From NCBI GenBank assembly GCA_977017645.1, contig OZ360219.1, positions 161,944,001 through 162,008,000 of the forward strand: 64,000 bases of DNA, written 5' to 3'. The position numbers were made by a program, and so were the translations under genes. Under the pieces are notes generated by a model. The model worked only from the letters and a program-made list of their open reading frames with translations, did no database searches and had not been told where the DNA came from. Positions 60,503 to 64,000 of this stretch are shown piece after piece. Each line of letters starts with the position of its first letter. The first letter of the stretch is position 1. This DNA comes from Torpedo marmorata. Its lineage: Eukaryota.

Positions 60503-61105
60503 AGAAAATAAATTTGAACTTTGAACACATGCACACCCACCTAGGTTTCTTCTCCCTTGTTCACCTTTCCCACCTGATTCTATCAACCGCTTATCCCCCC
60601 CCCCCCCAACAAAATCTAGTTCCACCTAACAGCCTCTGTCCATCTCCTTGTGCTTTTTGCACAGGCAATCTTTACTCTTCCTTGTAGTTCTGATGAATGT
60701 CAAAAACCTCTTGCCTTAATGGATACTGCTTTACCCACTGAGTGGTTACACCATTTTGTTTTTTGTTCCAGGTTCCAGCATGTATGATATCTTTTGTCTT
60801 CATCAAGAACTATCATAATGAGTTGAATCATTTGGACCTGCTGGGTGGACTGGCCTTCCAGGGTGTCCATGCCACTGCACTTGTCCAGGTTCATGTGGCC
60901 AAATAAGCTGATCCTTTGATTCAGTAAGGCAAAGCAGACTCTGAGCAACAAGTGGAGCTCTGAGACTGTATCGCAAGCGTAACATTGGAATTCTCTGATT
61001 TCTCAGCTTGATGACTGCAAAGGACGTAAAAAGACTTTACATCTGTTTACAGTCAGAATCAGAATTTATTGTCATGAACAAGTCATGAAATTCAGTGGAA
61101 ATAAT

Positions 61106-61381
61106 TGCAAATAAAGTAGAAGAAATATACAGCAATAAAGAATGTGCAAAATAAGAGTCCTTAAATGAGTCTCTGAATGAGACTCAAACCTTGAGGAAGG
61201 TAATACAGTATATCTTTACCTCCAATGGATGCTGCAAGACCGGCTGAGTTCCTCCAGCATTTCTGTGTTTTGACTGCAATCACATTTCATGTTTCAGTCT
61301 CTGAATGAATCTGTTTTTCAGGAGTCTGATAGTGGAGGGGTAAAGGGGTAGCAACTATTCCTGAACCTGGAGGTACAAGTC
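61106..61381 (-). repeat. Inverted near-identical copy of 56168-56455
   Basis: The reverse complement aligns with few mismatches and one ~12-bp deletion, including the nested Penelope piece. Confidence 0.9.
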
Positions 61382-62154
61382 AGATGAATTTAAAAACAAT
61401 TCAATACATTTAAATTATATTGGAAAAAACTGATCCAATAAGTACAAACAGTAAGATATTAACAAATAAAATCATTAAAGTGAAGTGTCTTTTCGCAGAG
61501 AATTAGATGACAACTGAGCCCTCTCTTGAGGGAATCACCATCCTACCATTGAACTCAACAGTGAGACAGCTGACAGCCTGATGGACTGGAATTTGGCCTT
61601 CGGAAAATCTTGTAATTGTGTGTTTGACCTCACAAACACAAGGGTCAAGGACTTCCTCAGGCGCAAGTTGGTGTTACCTTAGGTATCACTGACGTATCTG
61701 GCAGTATGATTTGGCCCATTGCTCTTGAACTGTTGCACATCAGACACTATAAAGCTGCAGAGTGAGCAATGAATATCCTGCTGTATGGCCATTGAAGGTA
61801 TTGAGTGACTATTATAAAATATTTTAGCTTAGCCACTGATGCACACAATAAAAGGCAGAAACTATGTCACCATTCAAACTTGGACTGGATATGCATGTAT
61901 ATTAAAATATAATTTTCTTTTACTCAAAAAGAATGGGAATTGAGTGGGTGCATGTGATTACTTCTATTTGCTCAAATGCTGGCAACATCTGATTCAGACA
62001 AATTACCTGTTTCTGTGCTGTCATTTTCATGCATCCTACTGCTTCTTGGATAATTGCCACCAACATGGTTCTGAAGTCAAGCACCACCATAGTAATTATT
62101 AAGTGCAAATCCACATTTTCTTAAGGCTATAATGTTGATGTGAAGATTCTTCCT

Positions 62155-64000
62155 CAGAAAATAGAACACTGCAGCACAGTACAGGCCCTTCAGCCCTCGA
62201 TGTTGCGCCGACCCATATATTCCTAATAAAAAAGTACTAAATCCACCCTACCCCGTAACCCTCTATTTTTCTTTCATCCATGTGCCTGCCCAAGAGTCTC
62301 TTAAATGCCCCTCATGTTTCAGCCTCCACCACCATCTCTGGCAAGGCATTCCAGGCACCCACAACTCTCTGCATAAAAAACGTACCCCTGATGTCTCCCC
62401 TAAACTTCCCTCCCTTCACTTTGTACATATGTCCTCTGGTGTTTGCTATTCCTGCCCTGGGAAACAGGCGCTGGTTGTCCACCCTATCTATGTCTCTCAT
62501 AATCTTGTAGACCTCTATTAAGTCTCCTCTCATCCTTCTACGCTCCAAAGAGAAAAGTCCCAGCTCTGTTAACCCTGCCTCATAAAACTTGTTTTCTAAT
62601 CAAGGTAACATCCTTATAAATCTCCTCTGCACCCTCTCCATAGCTTACACATCCTTCCTATAATGAGGTGACCAGAACTGAACACAATACTCTAACTGTG
62701 GTCTTACCAGAGATTTGTAGAGTTGCAACATGACCTCTCTACTCCTGAACTCAATCCCCTTATTAATGAAGCCCAGCATCCCATAGGCCTTCCTAATTAT
62801 CCTACCAACCTGTGTGGCGACCTTGAGAGATGTTTGGATTTGAACCCCAAGGTCCCTCTGTTCATCCACACTCTTAAGTAACCAACCATTAACCCTGTAC
62901 TCAGCCTTCTGGTTTGTCCTTCCAAAATGCATCACCTCACACTTATCCAGATTGAACTCCATCTGTCACTTTTCTGCCAAACTCTGCATCCTGTCTATAT
63001 CCTCTTGTAACCTTCGACAACCTTCAGCTCCATCCACAACTCCTCCAACCTTCGTATCATCCGCAAACTTACTGACCCATCCTTCCGCCTCTTCATCCAG
63101 GTCATTTATAAAAATCACAAAGAGCAGGGGTCCCAGAACAGATCCTTGCGGAACTCCACTAGTCACCGATCTCCAGGCAGATTACTTTCCTTCCACTACT
63201 ACTCTCTGCTTTCTTCCTACAAGCCCATTTTTTATCCACGCAGCCAAGGTTCCACTGATTCCATGCCTCATGGCTTTCTGGATGAGTCTCTCATGGGGGA
63301 CCTTGTCAAAAGCCGTACGAAAATCCATATAGACCACATCTACCGTCCTACCCTCATCAATTTCTTTTGTTACCTCCTCAAAAAACTCAATTAGGCTCGT
63401 GAAGCACGACCTTCCCTTCACAAAGCCATGCTGACTATCGTTGAGTAGACTGTACTTCTCCAAATGCTCATAGATCCTATCCTTAAGAATCCTCTCTAAT
63501 AGTTTTCACACCTCTGACGTCAAGTCAAGTCACCTTTATTTGTCGTTCATTACCATATACACAGTAAGACGAGATAGCGTTTCTCCAGGACCATGAGCAA
63601 ATGTACATAAATATCATAATACAATAAAAAACACGATCACATGCTAATACACATATATATCTAAAAATTGAGGAGCCTGATGGCTTGGGGGAAAAAACTG
63701 TTGCACAATCTGGACGTACGAGCCCGAATGCTTCGGTACCTCCTTCCAGATTGCAAAAGGGAAAAAAGTTGACAAAAGGGGTGTGAGAAGTCCTTCACAA
63801 TGTTATTAGCCTTCCTCATGCATCGTGTGTTGTAGATGTCCGTCATGGTGGGAAGAGAGACACCAATAATTTTCTCCGCTGACCCCACTATCCTCTGCAG
63901 GGTCTTTCAGTCCGACTCACGTAAGACTCACCGGTCTATAATTCCCAGGATTCTCCCTATTACTTTTTTTCAACAAGGGGACTACATTTGTCATTCTCCA
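62155..64000 (-). mobile_element. CR1 LINE (continues beyond the window)
   Basis: [56 protein letters not shown]; 3' tail near 62160. Confidence 0.95.
63521..63917 (-). mobile_element. Rex1/Babar-like fragment inserted in CR1
   Basis: GSAEKIIGVSLP...SGRRYRSIRARTSRLCNSFFPQAIRLLN and a (TGACT)n tail. ACGT occurs at both junctions. Confidence 0.85.

Overview
Vertebrate, repeat-dense genomic DNA. The repeat repertoire (CR1, HE1-like and Deu-domain SINEs, Rex1/Babar, Penelope, AT-rich L1) points to a cartilaginous fish; this is an inference. The only host coding exon I recognise is an 84-bp first coding exon on the minus strand (12504-12421, MAGCGLNEDLLFSSFLFSYIKESPFTQQ, phase-0 donor). It lies in a CpG island and resembles exon 1 of PPARGC1B (PGC-1beta). 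If that call is right, 1-12420 is intron 1 and the rest is upstream sequence. The remainder is nested, mostly decayed mobile DNA: two Gypsy LTR elements, a BEL/Pao element, a class I ERV with a solo LTR inside its 3' LTR, three L1 copies (one 5'-inverted), several Penelope pieces with hammerhead-like motifs, a Chapaev3 derivative and a composite hAT MITE. The most unusual object is the BEL/Pao element (28806-36472). It has no RT, RNase H or integrase. Its gag-protease frame instead starts with a SAFB/SLTM-like SAP domain and ends in an intronless coiled-coil region that matches my recollection of the host protein MIPOL1, apparently with blocks out of order. This suggests host-gene capture by an LTR retrotransposon. 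Protein identifications come from remembered motifs and sequences, not database searches, and the boundaries of decayed repeats are approximate.
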